A stretch of 40,041 bases of DNA from a virus, in the IMG/VR virus record IMGVR_UViG_3300045988_056052. One strand, given 5' to 3'. The notes under the pieces are model-generated. The model worked only from the letters and a program-made list of their open reading frames with translations, was not told the origin of the DNA and did no database searches. Positions 33,527 through 40,041 of this stretch are shown here, in pieces (position 1 is the stretch's first letter; every line of letters starts with the position of its first letter). Made by a program: the position numbers and the translations under genes.

Positions 33527-33982
33527 ATGGATAGATTGATTGAGTTTTTAACAACAAAAGTTGGTTATGTGTTGACAGTTATATTAGGATTTATTGTGCC
33601 AGGAAATGTTTTGATTTTTGTCTGGAATAGGAATATGTATTTGGAGATTGATATTATAAAATTATTGATTTTATCATTTTCTATTTCATTTGTCGCATTG
33701 ATTCCCAATTTGATAGTTGTTATTGCTATGAATTTTATTAATGGTGTAAATAAAAGCTCAAATAACAAAGAAGAAACAAAATTCAATATATTATATAACA
33801 TTGGATTCTCAGTTGGACTTGTTGTAATTGAAATGATTTTTGTTATATTCATGGCAATATGTACGAAGAATTTTCAACTTAAGACTTATATTATGTATAC
33901 AGGGCTAGCAATAACGGGAATAATAATTATATACAGCGTTGTTATATTACTAAAACAGTTAATAAAGAAAATAAGAAAATAA
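33527..33982 (+). CDS. 4-TM membrane protein, AT-rich moron
   Basis: SD AAGGAG. Four hydrophobic helices. Visibly much more AT-rich than the flanking genes. Confidence 0.7.
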   Translation: MDRLIEFLTTKVGYVLTVILGFIVPGNVLIFVWNRNMYLEIDIIKLLILSFSISFVALIPNLIVVIAMNFINGVNKSSNNKEETKFNILYNIGFSVGLVVIEMIFVIFMAICTKNFQLKTYIMYTGLAITGIIIIYSVVILLKQLIKKIRK

Positions 33983-33988
33983 AATGTT

Positions 33989-34024
33989 TACCAACCATCA
34001 ATATTCGGTGGTTGGTATTTTTTT
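33989..34024 (+). terminator. Rho-independent terminator of the moron
   Basis: Stem taccaacca / tggttggta followed by ttttttt. Confidence 0.7.
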
Positions 34025-34036
34025 ACGCTTTTTTAA

Positions 34037-34051
34037 GGAGAAAGGAACGAA
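34037..34051 (+). repeat. Copy 1 of the 15-nt intercistronic element GGAGAAAGGAACGAA
   Basis: Exact copies occur at 34037, 34684 and 34993, each just upstream of a start codon. Confidence 0.8.
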
Positions 34052-34056
34052 ATATA

Positions 34057-34677
34057 ATGGCAAAATTTAATATTGAGGTAGAACTTGATTGGGTAGACGA
34101 GGAAGCCGGATACACAATTGATGAAGAAATTAAAGAACAGGTTGTAAGAGGTGTTAAGGATGCACTTCTTAGAAAAGCAACAGATGAAGCAGTGCAGAGA
34201 GTGGATAAGGCTATTGCAGATAAGATTCTTGAAGCAGAAGAAACAATTCAAGATACTGTAGACAAATTTGTTAAGACTGTATCTGAAGAAAAGATTGCAG
34301 AGATTATGATTCCTGTAAAAGAAGATTCTTGGAGTAGCAAAGTAGCATATATACCGTTGTCTGAATATGTAGGAAAGCGGTTTGGATTGTTTCTTACAGA
34401 GAAGAGATACGATAGAGACGGACACGCTTCAAGTTATTCCAGTGAAAGAAAACTATCTGCTGCCGATCTCATTACGAGACAATATTTGGAAAAAGAACTT
34501 GGTGCAAAAGTAGAAAATATGATTGCTACTGCAAAAAGAGAAGTGGAAGAAAGTCTTGTGAAGTCGCTGGAACAAAAATTAAAAGAGAATCTTGCGAAAG
34601 AAACGATCGAGAGAATGAATATTCCTGATGTTTTAAAGAGATTCAGCGAGATGGCACTTGAAGATAGAAAGGAATAG
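34057..34677 (+). CDS. Hypothetical acidic / coiled-coil protein
   Basis: ATG 34057 follows the conserved element. The track start at 34012 lies inside the terminator U-run. Confidence 0.6.
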   Translation: MAKFNIEVELDWVDEEAGYTIDEEIKEQVVRGVKDALLRKATDEAVQRVDKAIADKILEAEETIQDTVDKFVKTVSEEKIAEIMIPVKEDSWSSKVAYIPLSEYVGKRFGLFLTEKRYDRDGHASSYSSERKLSAADLITRQYLEKELGAKVENMIATAKREVEESLVKSLEQKLKENLAKETIERMNIPDVLKRFSEMALEDRKE

Positions 34678-34683
34678 CAGATG

Positions 34684-34698
34684 GGAGAAAGGAACGAA
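34684..34698 (+). repeat. Copy 2 of GGAGAAAGGAACGAA
   Basis: Exact 15-nt match. Confidence 0.8.
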
Positions 34699-34704
34699 AA
34701 CAAC

Positions 34705-34989
34705 GTGGAGTACACAAATCAAAAAGAAATAGATGCGCTAAATGAAAAGTTAAAAAAGATAGATGAAAATCTAAAACTTGGAAGATTTGGCGTGAATGAA
34801 AGTAATAAGGCTATAAATGCCGGTTTGACCATTGCGGTAAAGGGAAACAAGAAGAAAATAGATGCTTTAAAAGATATTGGATTCAAAATTGTAGATCGAT
34901 TCAAGGAACAAGATACGTGCGTAACATGGTATAGCAGTGGAAGATATAGAGGTTATAAAATGTTTGTGACTATGGAGAAGCCTTTATAG
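34705..34989 (+). CDS. Hypothetical protein (GTG 34705 preferred; track start ATG 34681)
   Basis: By analogy with copies 1 and 3, the element is an untranslated initiation region, and GTG lies 6 nt after it in the same frame. Confidence 0.5.
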   Translation: MEYTNQKEIDALNEKLKKIDENLKLGRFGVNESNKAINAGLTIAVKGNKKKIDALKDIGFKIVDRFKEQDTCVTWYSSGRYRGYKMFVTMEKPL

Positions 34990-34992
34990 TAG

Positions 34993-35007
34993 GGAGAAAG
35001 GAACGAA
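34993..35007 (+). repeat. Copy 3 of GGAGAAAGGAACGAA
   Basis: Exact 15-nt match, followed only by a 12-codon ORF (35010) and a 37-codon ORF (35021..35134). Confidence 0.8.
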
Positions 35008-35187
35008 TTATGAAATTAAGATGGTTGATGATTTTGGAATTCCGGTAAATGTTGAAATTAACCATGCAGATGATTTCGTGAATATGATTGTTTCAGCTAG
35101 ACAGATCAAGTGTGAATTCAAGTATTCTGTGTGATGATTTGGACCAATATGAATACATGGAAGAATGCCCGGATTATGTAAAGGAGA

Positions 35188-35535
35188 ATGAAGATGAAAA
35201 TTGTAAAAGGCAAAGAACAGGAATATAAAGACTGGTATGAAAAAAACAGTGATCCATACGGTAGAGCGTGTTTTACATATGCTGAAAGATGGGCCGGAAT
35301 GATGGAAGAGAAGATAGAAGCATCAGAAGAAGACGAAACGAAAGTTATTGTTGATAATGCAAAGCAGCTGAGCTATGAAGCGGATAAAGAGAGAATCACA
35401 GGATTTATGTACGGGGCAGCTGTCAGTATTCTTTCTAAATACTGGGAATACGGAGAATGTCTAAGAAAATGGCACAACAAAGATTATGGATATGACGGTG
35501 ACGGCGTTGCAAATCCGGCGGTTATAACTGTTTAG
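35188..35535 (+). CDS. Hypothetical protein
   Basis: 115-aa ORF with SD AAGGAG (ATG 35188 or 35194). Confidence 0.55.
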   Translation: MKMKIVKGKEQEYKDWYEKNSDPYGRACFTYAERWAGMMEEKIEASEEDETKVIVDNAKQLSYEADKERITGFMYGAAVSILSKYWEYGECLRKWHNKDYGYDGDGVANPAVITV

Positions 35536-35553
35536 TTGGAAAGGATAGCGAAG

Positions 35554-35829
35554 ATGAATGGTAAAGACTTTATAAGAGCACTTGAAGAAGCCATGCTAAA
35601 AATAGAGTTGTCAAATAAACACATTTTGTTTATGCATCCTGAAGATATCGCAATACTTGATTTGGACAAGGTGAGCAGCAGTGTGTATCTTGTTGAAGAA
35701 AGAAGATTGGAACATGGGAAAGTAATAGCGATTACAGATGAAGAATTTAAAAGAATTGTATGGGATGCAATCAAAAACAATAAAGTGAAGCATCACAGAG
35801 GAAGGAAGAATGAAGATGAGAATCATTAG
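35554..35829 (+). CDS. Hypothetical protein
   Basis: ATG 35554 with SD GGAAAGGA. The track start is TTG 35536. Confidence 0.5.
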   Translation: MNGKDFIRALEEAMLKIELSNKHILFMHPEDIAILDLDKVSSSVYLVEERRLEHGKVIAITDEEFKRIVWDAIKNNKVKHHRGRKNEDENH

Positions 35830-36118
35830 TCAGGATGGCGAGTTTGATTTGCCTTACGAAGAAACAACGTTACAAGCTTTTTACAGTGGAAAAGTAATTG
35901 CGTTTCCATTGAGCGACCTTGCAAGTGATGATTTTATTCCAATGGCAACGTATTCAAGCAAAGAAAAATCAATCAAAGCTATGGAAATGTGCAGAGAGAA
36001 GTACCTTTCAAGAATGGAGTTAGATGGTGGCTATGACGTTGTACACGGTTGCTATGTGCAGCCTAATTACTGGGTATTGCCTAAAGTATTCCAGTTTCCA
36101 GCAGATGATGAGATTTAG
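35810..36118 (+). CDS. Hypothetical protein
   Basis: 102-aa ORF overlapping the previous gene's end. Confidence 0.5.
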   Translation: MKMRIISQDGEFDLPYEETTLQAFYSGKVIAFPLSDLASDDFIPMATYSSKEKSIKAMEMCREKYLSRMELDGGYDVVHGCYVQPNYWVLPKVFQFPADDEI

Positions 36119-36132
36119 AGAGCGAGGAAGAA

Positions 36133-36441
36133 ATGAAAGAGCCAAGCGAAAAGAAAGCGAAAATGAGACTTAAACCAGTAGTAAAGGCAAGTGAGTTTGT
36201 GAGATTCGGATTCAAGCCTTGCCGAGGACTTCCGAAAAGCGCAGAGAGTTACTATCTCTGCGTGAAGAACGGACACAGAGTGATGTTTGTGGACAGTAAG
36301 CATTTTACGGAATCTGGATGGCCGATCAAAGATGCAAGGATACACAAGAATCCAAACTGTAAATTCAGCGACAAGCGGACTGCAACCGAGATTGAGTGTG
36401 AGTTGGTTGTGAATGGCTTGCTGGAAGAGGTGAAGGAATGA
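36133..36441 (+). CDS. Hypothetical protein
   Basis: 102-aa ORF with SD GAGGAAG. Confidence 0.5.
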   Translation: MKEPSEKKAKMRLKPVVKASEFVRFGFKPCRGLPKSAESYYLCVKNGHRVMFVDSKHFTESGWPIKDARIHKNPNCKFSDKRTATEIECELVVNGLLEEVKE

Positions 36442-36764
36442 AAGAGAGATTAACAACATACCACTGTGGAAAAGCAGTGATTAAGGACAAGAATAAGCTG
36501 TCAGAAGCTATTGAGAAGTTAGCTGAGTTTGAGGAAAAAGAAAAATGTGGAGAATGGCTTGATGCTATCGAACTTGCGAAAATTGCTATTGCTCTGCAAA
36601 GCCAGAAGCACATTCCAGTAAAGCCGATTATCTTAGATGTACTGAACGGAGATATCGACTATGTATGCCCTTTATGCGATAAAGAGGTAATGTCGGATGC
36701 GGAAAGCAGAAACAACTATTGTGGCGAATGCGGTTGTAAATTTGATTGGAGTGATGAACAGTGA
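36438..36764 (+). CDS. Zinc-ribbon-containing hypothetical protein
   Basis: ATGA-coupled. Contains CPLCDK...CGECGC. Confidence 0.5.
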   Translation: MKERLTTYHCGKAVIKDKNKLSEAIEKLAEFEEKEKCGEWLDAIELAKIAIALQSQKHIPVKPIILDVLNGDIDYVCPLCDKEVMSDAESRNNYCGECGCKFDWSDEQ

Positions 36765-37030
36765 AAAGAAGTACAGACACACGCTGGAGTCCTGCAGAGA
36801 TCCAGCAGAACCAAAAAGAACATTATGCTGCTATGGCAGAACATCAGACGGATCAGAAAGCCAGCAAGGACTTTCATCGTCCGGCATACCAAGCAGGCAA
36901 TCTGATCAAAGCACAGGGGCAGCAGTTGTGGCATGGAGATGTTACTGGATATATAGCCAGAAAATACAAGATAGGGAGTGATACCATTGGAGACAATGAC
37001 GAAGGAGAGGCTGGAAGCATACAGAAATAA
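36761..37030 (+). CDS. Possible small HTH protein (GTG start)
   Basis: GTGA-coupled to the previous gene. GDVTGYIARKYKIGSDTI is HTH-like. It overlaps the next ORF by 53 nt. Confidence 0.4.
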   Translation: MKRSTDTRWSPAEIQQNQKEHYAAMAEHQTDQKASKDFHRPAYQAGNLIKAQGQQLWHGDVTGYIARKYKIGSDTIGDNDEGEAGSIQK

Positions 37031-37424
37031 CAAGACAGAAATATTGTCATTGAAATATATTTTAAATAACCGATGGCAATCAGAAACAATGATAGGGAAT
37101 GATGTGATTTTAGATTATAGCAAAGGATATCCAATTCCACAGAGTATTATTGGCTTTGATCAAGAAAAGTATGAGAGGCTTCAGGAGCGTGATCTGAAGA
37201 GAAAAGAGCGTCTTGAGAAGGAGTGTGAAGAAGTGGAGAAATTTGTTGAAGACATAGAAGACACACAATTACATAGTATTTTCAGAATGTATTACATAGA
37301 TGGTGTTCATCCGGTAAACCAGATGCAGGTAGCGGAACAGATGCATCTGGAGAGAAGCACAATCAGCAAGAAAATAGACAAGTATCTTCAACTTTCACAC
37401 AAATCACATCAATCACAGTTATAA
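36978..37424 (+). CDS. Putative late-gene transcriptional activator (ArpU/RinA / sigma-70 region-4-like)
   Basis: C-terminal MYYIDGVHPVNQMQVAEQMHLERSTISKKIDKYLQ resembles a region-4 HTH. It is the last regulatory-type gene before terS. Start uncertain (36978, 36987 or 36996). Confidence 0.5.
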   Translation: MIPLETMTKERLEAYRNNKTEILSLKYILNNRWQSETMIGNDVILDYSKGYPIPQSIIGFDQEKYERLQERDLKRKERLEKECEEVEKFVEDIEDTQLHSIFRMYYIDGVHPVNQMQVAEQMHLERSTISKKIDKYLQLSHKSHQSQL

Positions 37425-37490
37425 TGATAATTGAGCCAAAGGCGGAAAACCGACGGCTCGTTAAAACTCCATAGACAAAAACCTAGAGAG

Positions 37491-37518
37491 GACAACCTGG
37501 CGACAGGTTGTCTTTTTC
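37491..37518 (+). terminator. Rho-independent terminator
   Basis: gacaacctg-gcga-caggttgtc followed by tttttcg. Confidence 0.7.
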
Positions 37519-37519
37519 G

Positions 37520-37548
37520 TTGCACAATGTTGAAAATAGGGATATAAT
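37520..37548 (+). promoter_or_regulatory. Promoter (TTGCAC-17 nt-TATAAT) of the small membrane-protein moron
   Basis: TTGCAC at 37520-37525 and TATAAT at 37543-37548, directly after the terminator. Confidence 0.55.
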
Positions 37549-37596
37549 GAATGTAGGTGTAGTGCTTTAAGGATTGGGCGGATAGGAGATAGGAAA

Positions 37597-37884
37597 ATGA
37601 ATAAGGAATTAATTGAATCATTATCACTTCCAGCGAGTGAAATGATGAAAGGAGTAATAGTTTCGGCTATAGTGATTATAGCGTACATGGTAATATTATT
37701 TATAGGGAGTAAGTATCAAAAAGTTGATTGTATTCAAAAAATAGCAAATATATTAGCTGCGTTTGCAGTATGGATAGAATTGTTATTTGGGGATATGTAT
37801 GAGTTGTTCGGAAATCACGATTTGACATATTTTTTGATAGCAGGAACATTAATTACATTAATTAATACTATGTGGTCGAAGTAA
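37597..37884 (+). CDS. 3-TM small membrane protein (moron)
   Basis: SD AGGAGA. 95 aa with three hydrophobic segments. AT-rich. Confidence 0.65.
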   Translation: MNKELIESLSLPASEMMKGVIVSAIVIIAYMVILFIGSKYQKVDCIQKIANILAAFAVWIELLFGDMYELFGNHDLTYFLIAGTLITLINTMWSK

Positions 37885-37891
37885 TTGTTTG

Positions 37892-37916
37892 AAGGCACCC
37901 TCCGGGGTGCTTTTCT
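37892..37916 (+). terminator. Rho-independent terminator
   Basis: aaggcaccc-tccg-gggtgcttt followed by tct. Confidence 0.65.
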
Positions 37917-37931
37917 AATACCCAAAATCTT

Positions 37932-38003
37932 GGACCATTAGTTCAGTGGTATAACATTCGCCTCATAAGCGAAATGTCGTAGGTTCGATCCCTGCATGGT
38001 CCA
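37932..38003 (+). tRNA. tRNA with CAT anticodon (Met, or Ile2 if lysidine-modified)
   Basis: Folded by hand. Acceptor ggaccat/atggtcc. D arm gttc-agtggta-taac. Anticodon arm ttcgc-CTCATAA-gcgaa. Variable loop atgtc. T arm gtagg-TTCGATC-cctgc. Discriminator A, no encoded CCA. 72 nt. Confidence 0.8.
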
Positions 38004-38019
38004 TCAATAATAAACAGGA

Positions 38020-38532
38020 ATGGAAGGTGGTGAAGTGGCAGGTTATGAAAACATAAGAGATAAAGGATTTGATAAGCGAAGTACGGAAGAACTACGGGAA
38101 ATACAATCCCGTGGAGGTAAGAAAAGTGGCGAAGTAAGACGTAGGAAGGCAGACTTCCGGAAGACGTTGAACCTGCTGCTTACTGCGGAAATAGATAATG
38201 AAGAATGGAAGCCGGTTTTAGAGTCGCTTGGTGTTGAGTGTACTCTGGAATCGGCTTTGCTTATGGCTCAGATCAAGGAGGCAATGCGGGGAAATACAAA
38301 GGCTGCATATTTTGTTGCCCAGTATGCTGGACAGAATGCACAGACTGCTGCGGATGATAAAGAACAGCAACGCAGGACAGAACGGATGGAAGCTGATACA
38401 GAGAAAATTCGTAGAAGCTCTGGAAATTCCGAGAATGTGGATGAAGGAGTAGAGATTATAAATGACGCACCAGAAGAAACAAGTCAGGATATCGGATATA
38501 GTGATTCCGAAGTATCTGCCGATATTCAATAA
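38020..38532 (+). CDS. terS: Terminase small subunit
   Basis: Position upstream of TerL. RSTEELREIQSRGGKKSGEVRRRKA is typical of Firmicutes TerS N-termini. Confidence 0.7.
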   Translation: MEGGEVAGYENIRDKGFDKRSTEELREIQSRGGKKSGEVRRRKADFRKTLNLLLTAEIDNEEWKPVLESLGVECTLESALLMAQIKEAMRGNTKAAYFVAQYAGQNAQTAADDKEQQRRTERMEADTEKIRRSSGNSENVDEGVEIINDAPEETSQDIGYSDSEVSADIQ

Positions 38533-39868
38533 CCGAAGTATCAAGCATATCATCCTGACGTCTGGTCGTGCCGGGACGAAATCCAGCTATGCAGCCATCC
38601 GGTCAGATTATCAACTTGTATCAGATGCCAATGGCTCTGTGGTTGTGCTGCGTAAGCATCATAACAAGCTGCGGAAAACAGTTTACAAGGAGATGCTCCG
38701 AGGAATCAACCGTTTGGAGATTCCGAAAAGTAAGTTCCGGATTACAAAGTCTCCAATGGAGATCACTTATAAGAAGTATGGAACAACGATGTATTTTGCC
38801 GGATCAGATGGCATTGATGATACGAAAGGTATTATTGATGAGGATAAGCCAATCAAGTTAGTTGTGCTGGATGAGTTGACAGAGTTCTTTGATGATGGTG
38901 AGGGAGAGGATGAGTTAAGTAATATCGAAGCTACTTTTGTTCGTGGGAATAAAGGTGGTTTCCAAATGATTTATCTGTATAACCCACCGAAGAATCCAAA
39001 TGCACCGATCAACCAGTGGTGTAAGAAGATGGAAAAACGTCCTGACTGCGTACATATCCATACAGATTACAGAGATGTACCTGCTGCCTGGCTGGGACCG
39101 GATTTGATTGCTTCGGCCAAGGCAATGGAGGTTGCTGATCCGAAAATGTACAGATGGGTATGGCTTGGAGAATCAGTTGGTGTTGATGAACTGATTTATT
39201 ATATGTTTGGAGAAAGGCACAGACAGAAGCCAAATCCGGATAGAAGATATGACAGAATCTACATTGGCGGTGATTATGGTCAGCAGAATGCAACAACATT
39301 TCAGGCATTTGGTCTTGATACTTACAGGAAAAAGTTTCCGGGATTAGGAGAGTATTATCATAGTGGGCGAGAGACAGGGAAGCAGAAAAGTCCGTCTGAG
39401 TATGCACAGGATCTTGTTGAGTTCATGGATGAATTACATGAACAATATGATAACCGACTCTTTTATATTTTCCTGGATCCATCAGCAAAAGGATTGGCAG
39501 AAGAAATAAAGAGAGCAACCAGGAAAAGTGTGGACTATCAGGTGTTTCTTCGTGATGCAGAGAATGATGTAGCATTAGGCATTAGCCGTGTACAAAAGGT
39601 TTTGGTATTTGACATTATGTCTATTGCTCCAAAGCAAGAAAATGCAGTAAATGAGTTCGGGGTATATGAATACGATAAGAAATCAATTGAAAAAGGGAAA
39701 GAAGTTCCTGTAAAAGAGAATGATCACTGTATGGATGCGATTCGTTATGCAGTGATGGGAGCATGGAGCAAGATGAAATACTGGTTGCCATCAGATGATT
39801 TGACAAAGGAGATTGATATTTGCGATTTCGGCAGCAGGGAGGTGAGAGAAGACGATGAATATATTTAA
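38462..39868 (+). CDS. terL: Terminase large subunit (PBSX family)
   Basis: Walker A motif ILTSGRAGTKSS, Walker B motif LVVLDELTEF, and a C-terminal nuclease region (...NDHCMDAIRYA). Start may be ATG 38462 or GTG near 38501. Confidence 0.9.
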   Translation: MTHQKKQVRISDIVIPKYLPIFNNRSIKHIILTSGRAGTKSSYAAIRSDYQLVSDANGSVVVLRKHHNKLRKTVYKEMLRGINRLEIPKSKFRITKSPMEITYKKYGTTMYFAGSDGIDDTKGIIDEDKPIKLVVLDELTEFFDDGEGEDELSNIEATFVRGNKGGFQMIYLYNPPKNPNAPINQWCKKMEKRPDCVHIHTDYRDVPAAWLGPDLIASAKAMEVADPKMYRWVWLGESVGVDELIYYMFGERHRQKPNPDRRYDRIYIGGDYGQQNATTFQAFGLDTYRKKFPGLGEYYHSGRETGKQKSPSEYAQDLVEFMDELHEQYDNRLFYIFLDPSAKGLAEEIKRATRKSVDYQVFLRDAENDVALGISRVQKVLVFDIMSIAPKQENAVNEFGVYEYDKKSIEKGKEVPVKENDHCMDAIRYAVMGAWSKMKYWLPSDDLTKEIDICDFGSREVREDDEYI

Positions 39869-40041
39869 TTATTTCAGAAAAAAAGGAATTGATACAGTAG
39901 ATGCTTCGTTTTACCGGAAGATCGATGAGTGGACCAGTTGGTATAATTCTAACGTCAAGAAGTTCACGTATTATAAAGTCTATTCCGGACGCGGTACATG
40001 TAAGAGATGCCGCAGAAAAAGTATGGGGATGGCAAAAAAAC
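39855..40041 (+). CDS. Portal protein, N-terminal 62 codons (continues at base 100 of the window via the circular junction)
   Basis: SD GGGAGGTGA then ATG 39855, overlapping the terL stop. MNIFNYFRKKGIDTVDASFYRKIDEWTSWYNSN... runs off the window in the same frame as 3..1328. Confidence 0.85.
   Translation, partial: MNIFNYFRKKGIDTVDASFYRKIDEWTSWYNSNVKKFTYYKVYSGRGTCKRCRRKSMGMAKK
39943..40041. repeat. Second copy of the 99-bp terminal repeat
   Basis: Identical to 1..99. Confidence 0.95.

Noticed and set aside
36697-37033. Alternative overlapping ORFs 36697..36981 (+) and 36716..37033 (-)
   Set aside because: They overlap better-coupled ORFs (36438..36764, 36761..37030, 36978..37424) in other frames, and lack start contexts or motifs.

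Overview
The window is a complete, circularly closed genome (about 39.94 kb unique; the first and last 99 bp are identical) of a temperate siphovirus-type phage or prophage. The host looks Gram-positive and Clostridia-like, judging from Prp-type capsid processing, the ImmA/XRE switch, a GH25 lysin and a PBSX-type TerL. All family calls come from motif recognition by eye; no database search was run.

Gene order on the + strand:
- Head: portal, a bisected MuF/gp7 minor-head gene, phage-encoded Prp protease, scaffold, HK97-type major capsid.
- Tail: connector and tail-completion genes, tail tube, chaperones, tape measure, Dit / Gp37-like / fibre genes, and a run of Ig-like proteins.
- Lysis: a small 2-TM protein, holin and GH25 endolysin.
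- Integration and lysogeny: attP with a tyrosine integrase, then the minus-strand lysogeny module (glycine-zipper moron, ImmA, XRE repressor).
- Early operon: a Cro-like gene, YqaJ exonuclease / DUF1351 / RecT, RusA and a DUF4373 replisome organiser.
- Accessory and late genes: an accessory block with two PAPS-reductase/PP-loop proteins, a late activator, tRNA(CAT), then TerS and TerL.

Observations most worth follow-up:
1. The MuF gene is split cleanly by an autonomous cassette with its own promoter and terminator. It encodes an RHH protein and an ORF6N + ImmA-like protein, resembling the P22 immI arc/ant module.
2. The MuF C-terminal half carries an in-frame TGA and ends in a JAB/MPN-like (HNHPSG...S..D) domain. 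A tiny, very acidic overlapping ORF follows. This fits a candidate virion-delivered effector plus immunity pair.
3. The phage encodes its own Prp, and scaffold and capsid share matching 11-residue leaders.
4. The genetic switch has palindromic operators, face-to-face promoters and a small antisense ORF flanked by inverted repeats.
5. Two divergent PP-loop/PAPS-reductase-fold genes may form a nucleic-acid modification module.
6. There are three promoter-gene-terminator morons, two of them AT-rich membrane proteins, plus a glycine-zipper protein in the classical superinfection-exclusion position.
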